Counted from the stretch's first letter, positions 28,660 through 39,683 are shown. The stretch is 64,000 bases of DNA from Vampirovibrio sp. (GCA_050916035.1 CP050876.1:1120635-1184634), one strand, 5' to 3'. Notes: generated by a model not told the origin, from the sequence alone. Made by a program: numbers and translations.

Positions 28660-31002
28660 ATGCACGTCATTAAACGAAACGGGCAACGTGTTGAAGTTCG
28701 CTTTGATGAAATTTTAGATCGCATCAATTCATTATGCTTTGACTTGGATCACCGCTATATTGAACCCATTGAAGTCGCCAAGCGCGTGGTCGACGGCATT
28801 TATGATGGGGTGACCACTGAACAGTTGGACCAATTGGCCGCTGAAACCGCAGCCAGCATGACCTCCTTACACCCTGACTACGCCAATTTGGCGGCGCGTG
28901 TGGCGGTGTCCAACTTGCATAAAAAAACAAAAGCCTCTTTTAGTGGCGTGGTGGAAGATCTTTACCATTATATTGATCCTAAAAGTGAGCAAGCCGCGAG
29001 CTTAATTAGTGAAGATGTCTTTCACTTTGTGCAAGCGAATGCCGCTCGTTTAGATGCTTCCATTCGTTATGAACGTGACTATTTATTTGATTATTTTGGA
29101 TTTAAAACCCTAGAGCGTTCTTATTTATTGCGTTTGTACGGGCAAATTGTTGAGCGTCCCCAACATATGTGGATGCGTGTTTCCGTCGGCATCCATTGTG
29201 GAGACATCGACGCCGTGATTGAAACCTACAATTTAATGTCTGAAAAATGGTTTACCCATGCGTCCCCCACCTTGTTTAATGCGGGTACGCCGAATCCACA
29301 GTTGTCGTCCTGCTTTTTATTGGGCATGCAAGACGACAGCATTTCAGGGATTTATGACACCTTGAAACAAACCGCTTTAATTTCTAAAAATGCGGGGGGT
29401 ATTGGCTTACATATTCACAATGTGCGTGCCAAAGGGAGCTATATTCGTGGCACCAATGGGACGTCTAACGGCATTGTGCCGATGTTGCGGGTCTTTAACG
29501 ACACGGCGCGTTATGTGGATCAAGGCGGCAATAAGCGCAAAGGGGCCTTTGCCATTTACTTAGAACCTTGGCATGCGGATGTCTTCGAATTTTTAGACTT
29601 GCGTAAAAATCACGGCAAAGAAGAATTTAGAGCCCGAGATTTATTCTTGGCGTTATGGATTCCTGACTTATTCATGGAACGCGTGGAAGTCGATGGAGAA
29701 TGGACTTTATTTTGTCCCAATGAAGCCCCCGGCTTGGCAGACGTTTATGGTGACGCCTTTAAACGCTTATACGAACAGTATGAAGCGAGTGATAAGCCTC
29801 GGCGTGTGGTTAAGGCGAGAGAATTGTGGTTTGCGATTTTGGAATCTCAAATCGAAACGGGAACACCCTTTATTTTATACAAGGACGCCTGCAACCTCAA
29901 AAGTAATCAACAGAATCTAGGCACCATTAAATCGTCCAACCTGTGTACAGAAATTGTCGAATATACCGCCAAAGACGAAATTGCCGTGTGTAATTTAGCC
30001 AGTATTGCTTTAAGCCGTTTTGTGGCACACGGTAAATTTGATTTTGAACGACTTCATCATATTGCCAAAGTCATTACCCGTAACTTAAACCGTATTATTG
30101 ACGTCAATTTTTACCCCTTGCCTGAAACGTCTAATTCTAATTTAAGGCATCGCCCGATTGGCATTGGCGTACAAGGGCTAGCCGACGCCTTTTTACAATT
30201 GCATTTGCCTTTTGACAGTCCAGAAGCCAAGCAGTTGAACCGCGATATTTTTGAAACCATTTATCATGGCGCGGTGGAAGCGTCTATGGAATTGGCCGAG
30301 CGAGATGGGGCGTATTCAACGTTTAAGGGGTCTCCCGCCAGTGAAGGTCGTCTTCAGTTTGATTTATGGGACCTAAAACTCAGCAATGACCGTTATGATT
30401 GGGACGCCCTAAAAGCGAAGATTCAAACGCATGGCCTGCGTAATAGTCTGTTACTGGCCCCCATGCCCACCGCTTCTACTTCTCAAATCCTAGGGAACAA
30501 TGAATGTTTTGAGCCCTATACCAGTAACATTTATACCCGTCGGGTTTTATCGGGTGAATTTACCATTATCAATAAATACTTGGTCAAAGACCTCATTGCC
30601 TTGGGCCTGTGGGATGACCGTATGCGTCAGCGTATTATGTCTGCCAATGGGTCTGTTCAATCCATCCCTACTATTCCTGATGAAATTAAGGCCATGTATA
30701 AAACCGTTTGGGAAATCAGCCAGCGGGATATTATTGACATGGCGGCGGATCGAGGTCCCTTTATTTGTCAAAGTCAGAGTTTGAATATTCACTTGGCCAA
30801 TCCTAACTTTGCAAAGATGGCGAGCATGCACTTCTATTCTTGGAAGGCAGGCTTAAAAACGGGCATGTATTATTTACGTTCCAATGCGGCAGTAGAAGCC
30901 ATTAAATTTACCGTGGATAAAAAAATGTTGCAAGAACAGCGAGAAGAAGAGCTCGCCTGTTCGCTCGACAATCCCGAAGAATGTATTTCTTGTAGTGGGT
31001 AA
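28660..31002 (+). CDS. nrdA: ribonucleoside-diphosphate reductase alpha subunit, class Ia with N-terminal ATP-cone
   Basis: The N-terminal ATP-cone [18 protein letters not shown] is eukaryote R1-like. Catalytic Cys/Asn/Glu regions are present ([17 protein letters not shown]). 780 aa. Confidence 0.85.
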   Translation: MHVIKRNGQRVEVRFDEILDRINSLCFDLDHRYIEPIEVAKRVVDGIYDGVTTEQLDQLAAETAASMTSLHPDYANLAARVAVSNLHKKTKASFSGVVEDLYHYIDPKSEQAASLISEDVFHFVQANAARLDASIRYERDYLFDYFGFKTLERSYLLRLYGQIVERPQHMWMRVSVGIHCGDIDAVIETYNLMSEKWFTHASPTLFNAGTPNPQLSSCFLLGMQDDSISGIYDTLKQTALISKNAGGIGLHIHNVRAKGSYIRGTNGTSNGIVPMLRVFNDTARYVDQGGNKRKGAFAIYLEPWHADVFEFLDLRKNHGKEEFRARDLFLALWIPDLFMERVEVDGEWTLFCPNEAPGLADVYGDAFKRLYEQYEASDKPRRVVKARELWFAILESQIETGTPFILYKDACNLKSNQQNLGTIKSSNLCTEIVEYTAKDEIAVCNLASIALSRFVAHGKFDFERLHHIAKVITRNLNRIIDVNFYPLPETSNSNLRHRPIGIGVQGLADAFLQLHLPFDSPEAKQLNRDIFETIYHGAVEASMELAERDGAYSTFKGSPASEGRLQFDLWDLKLSNDRYDWDALKAKIQTHGLRNSLLLAPMPTASTSQILGNNECFEPYTSNIYTRRVLSGEFTIINKYLVKDLIALGLWDDRMRQRIMSANGSVQSIPTIPDEIKAMYKTVWEISQRDIIDMAADRGPFICQSQSLNIHLANPNFAKMASMHFYSWKAGLKTGMYYLRSNAAVEAIKFTVDKKMLQEQREEELACSLDNPEECISCSG

Positions 31003-31102
31003 AGCCTCTACGCGGCCACGACGTAAAGATCTACAAGATCAACAAGAGCCCCTCATCATCAAAAAACGCTTTGGGCTTCTGTCTTAGGCTCTTGCTTATG
31101 AC

Positions 31103-32596
31103 TTAGGCGTCTAGGCAAATCGTAATCGCTTCTCGGATATTACGCACAAAGTGAAGCTCCACCCCTATCGGCAATTCCCGTTGAAGGGCTTCCACATCCA
31201 CAGAAGGACTTCGTCCCTGAGGCAATGGCAAGACAATACGAGTAAATCCGATTTTGACCGCTTCCATTAAGCGTTCTCGCCAACGACGAACACTGCGTAT
31301 TTCTCCTGTCAAACCAATTTCCCCCATCAGCACCGTGCCTGATTTCACACTAATGTCGCGTAAACTGGTGACCAAGGCAATGGCCATCCCCAAGTCCACG
31401 GCAGGTTCGTCAATTTTCATCCCACCAACGACATTAATATAAAGGTCCAAATTCGCAAAACTCAAGCCCACGCGTCGTTCTAAGACGGCAATGACTTGAT
31501 GCAAACGATTCGTTTCCACGCCATTGACCACACGTCGAGGAGAGGCATACACACTTTGCCCCGCCAGCGCTTGAAGTTCAATTAAAAGGGGGCGACTGCC
31601 TTCCAAGCTACACACCGTGACACAACCCGGAACGGGATGCAAGGCCGCGTCAGACAAAAAGACATCCGAAGGATTTAACACATCTTTCAAGCCCGTTTCC
31701 TGCATTTCAAACACACCCATTTCTTGTGTGGAACCAAAACGGTTTTTAACCGAACGCAGTAAGCGTAAATCTTTATAACGTTCCCCTTCAAAATATAAGA
31801 CCGCATCCACCATATGCTCCAGTAATTTAGGACCAGACAATTGACCGTCTTTGGTGACATGGCCAATTAATAAGGTGGTAATATTTAAACCCTTCGCCAC
31901 TTGCATCAGCGCATTGGCACAAGCCTTGACCTGATTATTCGCCCCCGGTGTCCCCGAAACATTGGCATCCATCAGCGATTGAATGGAATCCACCATCAAA
32001 ACATCGGGGCGACTTTGAACGATGACTTGTAAAATACGTTGTAAATTGACTTCCGCCAGTAATAAAATATCCTTAGCGCCCTGTAATTGTAAGCGCTCGG
32101 CACGGTGCTTAATTTGAACACCCGATTCTTCACCCGTGACATAAACGACCTTCTTACCTGTAGACGCTAAATTAGCCGCCGCTTGAATCATCAAGGTGGA
32201 TTTGCCAATGCCGGGGTCTCCCCCCACTAAGATATAAGCCCCTTGCAGTAAGCCACCCCCAAGAACGCGGTCTAATTCGGGCATCAACGTTGAAAAGCGA
32301 GGGGCCGTGGTCATATCCACTTCAGACAAAGGCAGCAAGACGCTACTGGCCCCATTAAGAAGGGCGTGTGTCTCTTCATTGTCTTTCCCCATGGGGATAT
32401 TACCCGACCATGCGGCTTCACTTTCTAAACTCATATGAGCATAGGCAGGTCTATTTAAAGCAATTTCTGGAGATTCTCTTACATCTTGCACTTCTTGAAA
32501 GGTATTCCACGCTTGACAATTAGGGCAACGCCCTAAATGCAGGGGGGCTTCATAATCGCAGGCCTGACAAATATATTTACGCTTAATTTTGGCCAT
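31103..32596 (-). CDS. radA: DNA repair protein RadA/Sms
   Basis: N-terminal C4 zinc ribbon (CQACDYE..CPNCQAW), Walker A GDPGIGKST, KNRFG motif and a Lon-like C-terminal domain. Confidence 0.85.
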   Translation of the reverse strand: MAKIKRKYICQACDYEAPLHLGRCPNCQAWNTFQEVQDVRESPEIALNRPAYAHMSLESEAAWSGNIPMGKDNEETHALLNGASSVLLPLSEVDMTTAPRFSTLMPELDRVLGGGLLQGAYILVGGDPGIGKSTLMIQAAANLASTGKKVVYVTGEESGVQIKHRAERLQLQGAKDILLLAEVNLQRILQVIVQSRPDVLMVDSIQSLMDANVSGTPGANNQVKACANALMQVAKGLNITTLLIGHVTKDGQLSGPKLLEHMVDAVLYFEGERYKDLRLLRSVKNRFGSTQEMGVFEMQETGLKDVLNPSDVFLSDAALHPVPGCVTVCSLEGSRPLLIELQALAGQSVYASPRRVVNGVETNRLHQVIAVLERRVGLSFANLDLYINVVGGMKIDEPAVDLGMAIALVTSLRDISVKSGTVLMGEIGLTGEIRSVRRWRERLMEAVKIGFTRIVLPLPQGRSPSVDVEALQRELPIGVELHFVRNIREAITICLDA

Positions 32597-32628
32597 GAGA
32601 GGAGGCTTCCTTTATTACAAAGATCAAT

Positions 32629-33801
32629 TTAGGATTTCGCGGATAAAAACGATTGAAGCAAGACCATGACCTCCGCTTGATCGACCTCGCTTAAATGAGG
32701 AGAAGACGGCAGGTTCAATCCACGCTCCCACAAACGATAGGCATGAGGAAAGACCTCACGCGGATTGGGACTCGGATTTGCCCAAAACGGGTGTAGATAA
32801 GGCATTTCGGGAAAAGGCATAAACACGGGACGAACCTGTACCCCATGAAGCGCTAAATAGTTGTGTAGATCACGACGTGTAACGTGCGAATCCACATACG
32901 CGAGATTTAACCAGTAGCTGGGTTCGACCTGCGCTAAAGCCTTTGAATAAGAGGGGATACCCTGATACACAACATCTAGGCCATTTAAGCCTTCTAAGCC
33001 CGTGGCATAACGTGAAGCAATGGCCTTTTTAGCGTCTAAAATTTCAGGGAGCCGTTTCAGTTGACTGAGTCCCAAGGCGGCATGCAAGGCATTCATACGG
33101 AGATTAAAGCCCACCGCATCATGAAAGAGCTCGCCTTCCCCGTAGCATTTGGACTGTGTACTTTGATGTTTAATTTGAGCCAATACCGCGTGATCTTCCG
33201 AAACCAACATCCCTCCGCTGGCGGTAGTGAGCGTTTTATTGACATTAAAACTATACACGCCGTAATGCCCCACAGTCCCCACCGGTTTGCCTTCCACCAA
33301 AGTTCCTAAGGCTTCCGCGGCGTCTTCAATGAGTATAAGGCCTTCTTCATCACACCAACGCCTTAAGGCCAAGAGTTCAGGCATGGCCAAGCCGTAAAGA
33401 TGCGCCACCAGCACGACCTTCGTTTGAGGGGTTTGGGCTGCTTGAAATGCCTGTAAAGTAGGCGCCCAACTGTGGGGATCTACATCCACAAAGCGGAGCT
33501 TAAACGATTGATACAAAAAAGGATGAATACTCGCTACAAAACTCGTGACAGGGCATAAAACTTCCGTGCCCACAGGGAGATTCAGCACGTAAAGGAGCAT
33601 CCACAAGGCGGAAGTGCCCGATTGTGTGGCCAGTGTTCCCAGCGCAGAAGACGCTCCCCATGCGTGGAGTTGCGCCAAGAAGGCCGTTTCAAAGTCCTCC
33701 ACCACAGGCGCCACGGAAGACAACCAGCCTGCCTGAAGGACTTGCATCACAGCGCTTTGATCGTCTGGCGTCAGGTGAGCATCACAAAGGGGTATCCGCA
33801 T
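32629..33801 (-). CDS. DegT/DnrJ/EryC1/StrS-family PLP-dependent sugar aminotransferase
   Basis: 390 aa with family-typical N-terminus and a Lys-containing segment (SFNVNKTLT). Confidence 0.7.
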   Translation of the reverse strand: MRIPLCDAHLTPDDQSAVMQVLQAGWLSSVAPVVEDFETAFLAQLHAWGASSALGTLATQSGTSALWMLLYVLNLPVGTEVLCPVTSFVASIHPFLYQSFKLRFVDVDPHSWAPTLQAFQAAQTPQTKVVLVAHLYGLAMPELLALRRWCDEEGLILIEDAAEALGTLVEGKPVGTVGHYGVYSFNVNKTLTTASGGMLVSEDHAVLAQIKHQSTQSKCYGEGELFHDAVGFNLRMNALHAALGLSQLKRLPEILDAKKAIASRYATGLEGLNGLDVVYQGIPSYSKALAQVEPSYWLNLAYVDSHVTRRDLHNYLALHGVQVRPVFMPFPEMPYLHPFWANPSPNPREVFPHAYRLWERGLNLPSSPHLSEVDQAEVMVLLQSFLSAKS

Positions 33802-34066
33802 ATCAGCCTCTCAACACATCGGCGAAGAATACCTTACCAGTGTACCTCATAAATGAGTCTCGTGTGTGTTTCATGACGCTTGAGCAGGCAGCAAAATAAA
33901 AAAGTGTAGGTTCTTTTCGATGGCCCCCTCTTTTTTACTTGAACATATTCGCACAAGCTTGATCATAACACAGGATTTCACCAGGGCGCATCATAATTGT
34001 TTCCCCTGGACGAAAAGTATCTAAGGCCTGCTTCATGGGGTAACAAGCCAGATTTAAGGAATAAAA

Positions 34067-34139
34067 TGGACAGTACTGGATTCGAACCAGCGACCACCAC
34101 AATGTCAATGTGGTGCTCTACCAACTGAGCTAACTGTCC
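34067..34139 (-). tRNA. tRNA-Val (anticodon GAC)
   Basis: The reverse complement folds as GGACAGT-TA-GCTCAGTTGGTAGAGC-A-CCACA-TTGACAT-TGTGG-TGGTC-GCTGGTTCGAATCCAGT-ACTGTCC-A. The acceptor stem is a perfect 7 bp. A TTCGAAT T-loop is present. CCA is not encoded. Confidence 0.8.
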
Positions 34140-34199
34140 ACTTATGAAAGTCTCAACAGAACTTAATTAAACGACAAGCATGGCTTCAATGCAAGTTTT

Positions 34200-34943
34200 T
34201 TAGACGAGGAAGGCTTCAACCATTTCATTAAAGCTTAGAAGATCTACAATGCAAAAGGCTTCCGCATAAGGGAGGTCTCGTTGTAATCCACGATAGGCAT
34301 TTAAAGCCAGCATTTTTGAAGTATATGCTTTTTGACTCACTTGAGAGGCATGCGCTTGAATCATCGCTTTTTTAAGATCCACCACGGTGGAAATATCGAC
34401 AAATGCATTGGGTAAGGGGTGCGTATTCCAGACTTCATAAAAGGCTATTTTTAAGTCTTCTTTCGCGGAGCACGCTTCTTTTAAGCAGTGATACAGATGT
34501 AAAGCAACCGCCTTATGATCCTTATGTTGATCCAAAATATTGGGTGCAAAAATATAATCATACGCTGAAAAATCAAGACGTTTAAACAGAGCCAGATGCG
34601 TTAAAATCCCTTGATCAGGCATATTTAAATAAGAAAACTGCTTAACTCCAGAAAGACGCATGGCCTCTTCAAATTCAGATTGACGGATGCTTTGCACTTC
34701 TTCAATTCCTTCTGATTTTAAGCCTTTTTCACCATGACTAAGACAAATGACTTCACATTGGGTGGGGAATAAAGCAAGGGTTCCTCCCATCCCGATACTT
34801 TCATCATCGGGGTGAGGTGCCAGAACCAGCACTTTAGAAAGGCTTAGATCTAAGGCGAGAGGCTTAAGATTAAGTCTGAAATACAGCTTAAACACACGTA
34901 GAATCATATGAGCAAAAAACCAGTGTTTTAATTTTTTTATCAT
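34200..34943 (-). CDS. PIG-L/LmbE-family N-acetylglucosaminyl deacetylase
   Basis: LVLAPHPDDESIGMGGT is the signature motif of LmbE-like deacetylases. Confidence 0.7.
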   Translation of the reverse strand: MIKKLKHWFFAHMILRVFKLYFRLNLKPLALDLSLSKVLVLAPHPDDESIGMGGTLALFPTQCEVICLSHGEKGLKSEGIEEVQSIRQSEFEEAMRLSGVKQFSYLNMPDQGILTHLALFKRLDFSAYDYIFAPNILDQHKDHKAVALHLYHCLKEACSAKEDLKIAFYEVWNTHPLPNAFVDISTVVDLKKAMIQAHASQVSQKAYTSKMLALNAYRGLQRDLPYAEAFCIVDLLSFNEMVEAFLV

Positions 34944-36078
34944 GAGACGCTTTCATCCTTTGAAAATAAATGGGTCACCACCGTGTCTGTAAATCGTTGC
35001 CATGAATAGTCTTTGGCGGTATTAAACGCATTGTCTCGCAGACGACTCATGGCATAAGCATCTAGGGTAATCGCGGTTTCAAGTGTGTTCATCAGTGAAA
35101 AGAGAGGCTGCTTTAAGCGATTAAATTGAAACCCATTCACGCCGTCTTCAATAAGTTCCGCGGCGCCTGCGGTAGAACTCACAATAGGAATAACGCCTTG
35201 AGACAGGGCTTCTAACACCACTAAGCCAAAGGCTTCATTTAAAGAAGAAACGACCAGAAAATCGAGACTTGTATAGAAATGAGTCATGTCCGCCTGAAAG
35301 GGAAGTATTTCAATCCAAAAGGCTAAGCGTAATAGTTTCAGTAGTGACGGTATGAACTGATCGTTGGCTTTGGGGCGTTTAGGGGCATAAATCATTAAGA
35401 CACGAAAGGATTTTGTTTTTAAGCGCAGCAACAAGATGGCGAGTAAAAATAACCATAGGCTTTTATTTAAAGAACCACCCCCTACCAAGCCGATAACGGG
35501 TATTGAAGCAAACGCTTTATTCGAGAGTACTTCTGATTGCTCTACCCCTGGGTAGGCCACTTTGATTTGAGGCGCCTTAAGCGGGAAATTGGAAAGATAG
35601 TCTGCCTTCAGAGCCTTGGAAACCGTGATCAATAAACGAGGTTCCCCTTCTAGAGCAAGCGCCTGTTTCTTGAGTTTGTGGCGATTTTGATACAGGGTAA
35701 AAGGCCGAAAGAGGGGGGAATCTCGATTTCGACGATGCCTAACCGAATGAGACTGTATTAATAGGTGGCCAAAAGGTGCCATAAAATCTGAAAATAAAAG
35801 TGTATAGTCGGGATGCTTTAAATGATGTGCTTGAATTTGGCTTAATACCGAAGCCGTGTCGGTATAAATAGACCCGTCAAAGTAAAAAATATCACGACAA
35901 GACTTGTAAGCCTTTTGATTGGATTGAGTCGTGATGAGCTTAAGTTCAATATCGGGCCGTTGCAGCAAATGATTCAACAGTTCAAGATTAACACGATCCC
36001 CGCCCCCTTTAATACCCGTAGGGTCTAAGAGTGCTTCTAGTGAATGGATTACCAAGGCTAATTTTTTGGACTGCATTT
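34940..36078 (-). CDS. glycosyltransferase family 4 (GT-B, GT1-like)
   Basis: C-terminal EAFGLVVLEALSQGVIPIVSSTAGAAELIEDGVNGF motif. The start is chosen at the internal MQSKKLAL (36078) to avoid overlap with the upstream GT9 gene. The ORF track extends to 36226. Confidence 0.7.
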
Positions 36079-36113
36079 TAGAAATCTCTATACACTCATG
36101 AACTTGAACAGGT

Positions 36114-37139
36114 TTAAAGGGATTTGGCAAGTGCTTCAATAGCCGCTTGAAGCACTTGCTCATAGGCGATGTCCCCTTCAAAAGCCATAAGCGTTTGGGG
36201 ATGTACAGGCCCATAATGTAGAGCATCCGTCACGTGATACAGACCAATCTTCGGGGTTTGGGTGTAGCTAGCGAGATGTAAAAGTCCTGAATCATTCCCG
36301 ATGTATAAAGAAGCACCCGTCAATACGGTGGCGACTTGAAGTAAAGACAATTGCCTACGAAGATCCCACAAGCGAGGATTCGTCAGCGGAAGCGGTGTTT
36401 TTTCGGAACCAAGCACCAGAATATCTAAATCAGGGAACTGTTCTAATAAAGCGTCAAATAGCGTTACCCAATGACGAGACGCCCAACGACGATTTTCATT
36501 GCGCTTAGACCCATACGCGGCTTCCATGCAGATCGTGATATAAGGCTTCGCTGTAGATAGGCAAGGGGGCCAATGAGCAGGCATCAATTTTGAATCTAAG
36601 GCGGGAGGCTTAATCCATAAATGAGGATAGACTTTATCTTTAAAAGTGTTTACCCATATGGATTCAGGTTGTTCAAAACAAGCAGGCCCAATGCCCATAT
36701 TTTGCAGTATCGAATAGGACAAGCCCAAGTCTTGAATGATAACGTTTTGTAAAGAAGGAGATAATAAAGTTTTACACGTATGAACGTCTAAAAAAGGAAG
36801 CGACTCATCAAAATGAATCCACGATTTTTGAGGGACCTTTTTACCTGCATGTAGAGTACTACGTAGTCCCCAAGTGGTATGAGACGTCAACAAATGTAAG
36901 GTATAGGCATAAGGATGCACCCAAGACCGTGCTTTGGTTTGCCAATGCATTGGGCGAATTTGCCAAGGAAAAGAAAAGGTGTCTAGCAAAGGAAGTAGAA
37001 ATGGATCCGCGAGGACTTCTATACGATGGGGGAAGGTTTCCGCTAGTGTGGCTACGGCGGGTAAGGCCATGAGACAATCCCCAATACGATTCGGTAGTAG
37101 GCAGGCCACACGAGACGACGTCTTAATACTCATCCACAT
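36114..37139 (-). CDS. ADP-heptose:LPS heptosyltransferase family (GT9)
   Basis: LTGASLYIGNDSGLLHLAS matches the GT9 GNDSG.MHLA motif. 341 aa. Confidence 0.7.
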   Translation of the reverse strand: MWMSIKTSSRVACLLPNRIGDCLMALPAVATLAETFPHRIEVLADPFLLPLLDTFSFPWQIRPMHWQTKARSWVHPYAYTLHLLTSHTTWGLRSTLHAGKKVPQKSWIHFDESLPFLDVHTCKTLLSPSLQNVIIQDLGLSYSILQNMGIGPACFEQPESIWVNTFKDKVYPHLWIKPPALDSKLMPAHWPPCLSTAKPYITICMEAAYGSKRNENRRWASRHWVTLFDALLEQFPDLDILVLGSEKTPLPLTNPRLWDLRRQLSLLQVATVLTGASLYIGNDSGLLHLASYTQTPKIGLYHVTDALHYGPVHPQTLMAFEGDIAYEQVLQAAIEALAKSL

Positions 37140-37267
37140 CCTTTAAAAGCTTTTGATTGCTAGACTCCAACCATAACGTATGTATGATTCTAGCACAAAG
37201 GTCTTTTAACACATGTGTCTTTAATTATATTTTGTTGAACCGTGTCTCGTGTAGAAAGGACTGTCCG

Positions 37268-38518
37268 TTATTCTTCAGCTTCTGCTGGAGCAGGCGTTTC
37301 TGTCTTTACGGGAGCCTTATAATCGCTCACACGGTAGTCGTCTAAGGGTTTATTTAATTGGGTGCGTTCTTTATTGTCCGCATCAAACCCTTCCCCTAAA
37401 ATACCCGTAGGTTTAACGCCATCGGCGGCGACCCCTTTATCTTTGGTTTTAACATCCGTGTCAATATAATTAATAAGCTTGCCATCTTTGTCTTTTAAGC
37501 CGGTTTTAATTAGTGTGAAGCTAAAATCATATTCCGTTTTGTTGGTATTGGTCGCGGTCAACTGGTCTTTTTCCCATTTGACTTCCGTGCCATCTTGTAA
37601 CTTAACAATTTCACCTTCTTTTAAGGCTTTACCATTTAAGCTAGCGGCTTCTCCATTCAGGCTTAAGGCATCGTCTTTTAATTTCAAATTGACTTCTGTT
37701 GCTACAGCCAATTGCCATTGTGGAAATAAATCTTGCTTCGCGGTCAAAGAAACGTCTTTGTCCTTGAGTAAATTAAATTCCCCAGGAGGTGTAATGTCAA
37801 AGCTGGTGGCTCTGTTATCTGCCTTATTCTGACGATCTGGATCGACCACATGGGGGTCTCCCCAATATGCAGCACTTTCGTTTACCGCAATCATTTCAGG
37901 CGGCGGCGTTGGTGTAGGAATCCAAGTGAGTTGAACGATAGGATCTGGCGTGGGCGCAGGCGCAGGCGTAGAAGGAGAAGAGGTATTCTGTCGTTGTAAG
38001 AACTGCTTAAGTAGTGCCAAGAAATTTTGAGTAGGGGGTTGAGTAGGTGTGCTGAGGCTAGAATCGTTACCACTTGAAATTATAGGCTTAGGATTTAATA
38101 CGGGAGGCTCAACAACAGGTGCTTTTTGAGTGTTTTTCAACAAAAATAACATGAATAACGTGGAAAGTAACATGAATAACGTGGAGGGATTTTTAATTGC
38201 TCCTGCATTGCCTTGGTTAAATTGGTAAGGAGGAGAAATAGGCCCATAAGGTCTTGCAGTATAGACTGCTGAAGAATAAAAAGAGGGGTAAAGCCTCTGA
38301 TTATAATTAACTTGGTTCACAGGAAGGGCTGAAGCATTTGAAGCAGTTCTAGAAATAAATTGAAGATTATTAGGCGGGGGTAAAGGTTGTTTGGGGTATT
38401 GTGAAGGATAGTTAGACGCAAACGGCATCATTCCAGAAGGTGCGGTATAATTACTGAATCCTAAATTTCCATATCCTGACATTATATTTGAATTCCTTTT
38501 CTCTATCTCGTCACTCAA
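37268..38518 (-). CDS. membrane protein with low-complexity N-terminus, TM helix and YWGDPH (VWD-like) extracytoplasmic domain; paralog A
   Basis: N/Q/Y/P-rich N-terminus, TM helix LFMLLSTLFMLFLL and a Pro/Thr linker. AAYWGDPHVVDPDR and a C-terminal GILGEGFDADNKER block are shared with the 48400-49374 gene. An alternative start is at 38482. Confidence 0.6.
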   Translation of the reverse strand: MSDEIEKRNSNIMSGYGNLGFSNYTAPSGMMPFASNYPSQYPKQPLPPPNNLQFISRTASNASALPVNQVNYNQRLYPSFYSSAVYTARPYGPISPPYQFNQGNAGAIKNPSTLFMLLSTLFMLFLLKNTQKAPVVEPPVLNPKPIISSGNDSSLSTPTQPPTQNFLALLKQFLQRQNTSSPSTPAPAPTPDPIVQLTWIPTPTPPPEMIAVNESAAYWGDPHVVDPDRQNKADNRATSFDITPPGEFNLLKDKDVSLTAKQDLFPQWQLAVATEVNLKLKDDALSLNGEAASLNGKALKEGEIVKLQDGTEVKWEKDQLTATNTNKTEYDFSFTLIKTGLKDKDGKLINYIDTDVKTKDKGVAADGVKPTGILGEGFDADNKERTQLNKPLDDYRVSDYKAPVKTETPAPAEAEE

Positions 38519-38859
38519 ACACGATTTTATCTATAGCTTTTGTATTGAAAAAGTCCCTTAACTTAATAAAGAAAAACGTGCCTAAGTAATTGCTAAATCG
38601 TAACAATCAGTTACATTTTTAACATCGCGGCGTTATTTTGTAGGTTTAAGCTTTATTTTTAGTCATCAGGTGAACTCTTGACTAAGAAATGTGTTGAAGC
38701 CGTGAGAGTTGTCTACTCAATTGCTTGAGACGTTGGTACGGATACTTGGAGTCGTTTACTATATCATCCTCATTGACAGGGGACTGTCCAATTGGATAGA
38801 ATCCGGTTCACGCTTGATTCTGCTTTTCGTCCTTTTTAAAGAGCTAGGAGACTCCCTGA

Positions 38860-39636
38860 ATGAACCCAACACACCCCGAACCGACTCTCGCTCCCGTTCT
38901 TGAAACGAAAAGCGTTACCCGTCGCCACTTTTTAAAAGCCTCTGGCTTGGCTTTGTCCAGCCTTTTATTAGCCAGTTCGGGTTTAGGGACTTTGTCGTCT
39001 GCTCGCCTGCGACCTTCCCCCGTTGAAGTACTCCCTCCATTAGGGGTCGCGAAACGTTTTACACGTCTTGAAAATGGAATTGAAGGCCTCAGCGCTCATC
39101 AAATTCAAGCCCACATTAAACTTTACGAAGGCTATGTTAAAAAACATCAAAGTATTGTCGACGCTTTAAAACAGTTTAGCCCTGAAGCCTTAGACGGTGT
39201 AAATGCGACTTACCATCCTTTTCGTGAATTATTGATTGAGGAAAGTTTCGCGCTCAATGGGGTACTGCTTCATGAAGCCTACTTCGAAAATTTAAGTCCT
39301 GTGCCTCAAGCCATGTCCGCTTCGCTTCAAAGTAAGCTCATCAAGGCCTTTGGTTCTTTAGAAGCCTTTAAAGGACAGTGCTTAGCGGCGGCCAAATCCA
39401 TGAGAGGCTGGGCCATTTTGGCGTATCACCCTCGTTATCAGTCTTTGAATTTTTATGGTTTAGATACGCATAACACGTATGCGCCGATGGGAACCCTTCC
39501 CGTTTTGGTGCTGGATGTTTACGAACATGCCTATTTGTTGGATTATGGGACGGACCGTAGTCGTTATCTGGACGCCTTATGGCGACAAATTGATTGGTCT
39601 GTGGTGGAAGCCCGCTTAGGTTCAAGCGCACTTTAA
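38860..39636 (+). CDS. Fe/Mn-family superoxide dismutase with twin-arginine (Tat) signal peptide
   Basis: TRRHFLKASGLALSSLLLA..LSSA is a Tat leader. The C-terminal DVYEHAYLLDY matches the SOD DVWEHAYY motif. His ligands appear conserved (AH.., LHEAYF). Confidence 0.65.
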   Translation: MNPTHPEPTLAPVLETKSVTRRHFLKASGLALSSLLLASSGLGTLSSARLRPSPVEVLPPLGVAKRFTRLENGIEGLSAHQIQAHIKLYEGYVKKHQSIVDALKQFSPEALDGVNATYHPFRELLIEESFALNGVLLHEAYFENLSPVPQAMSASLQSKLIKAFGSLEAFKGQCLAAAKSMRGWAILAYHPRYQSLNFYGLDTHNTYAPMGTLPVLVLDVYEHAYLLDYGTDRSRYLDALWRQIDWSVVEARLGSSAL

Positions 39637-39683
39637 GCACTCACTATGCTTCAAGATTAAAAAAGGACTGTAGGTTTGATTGT

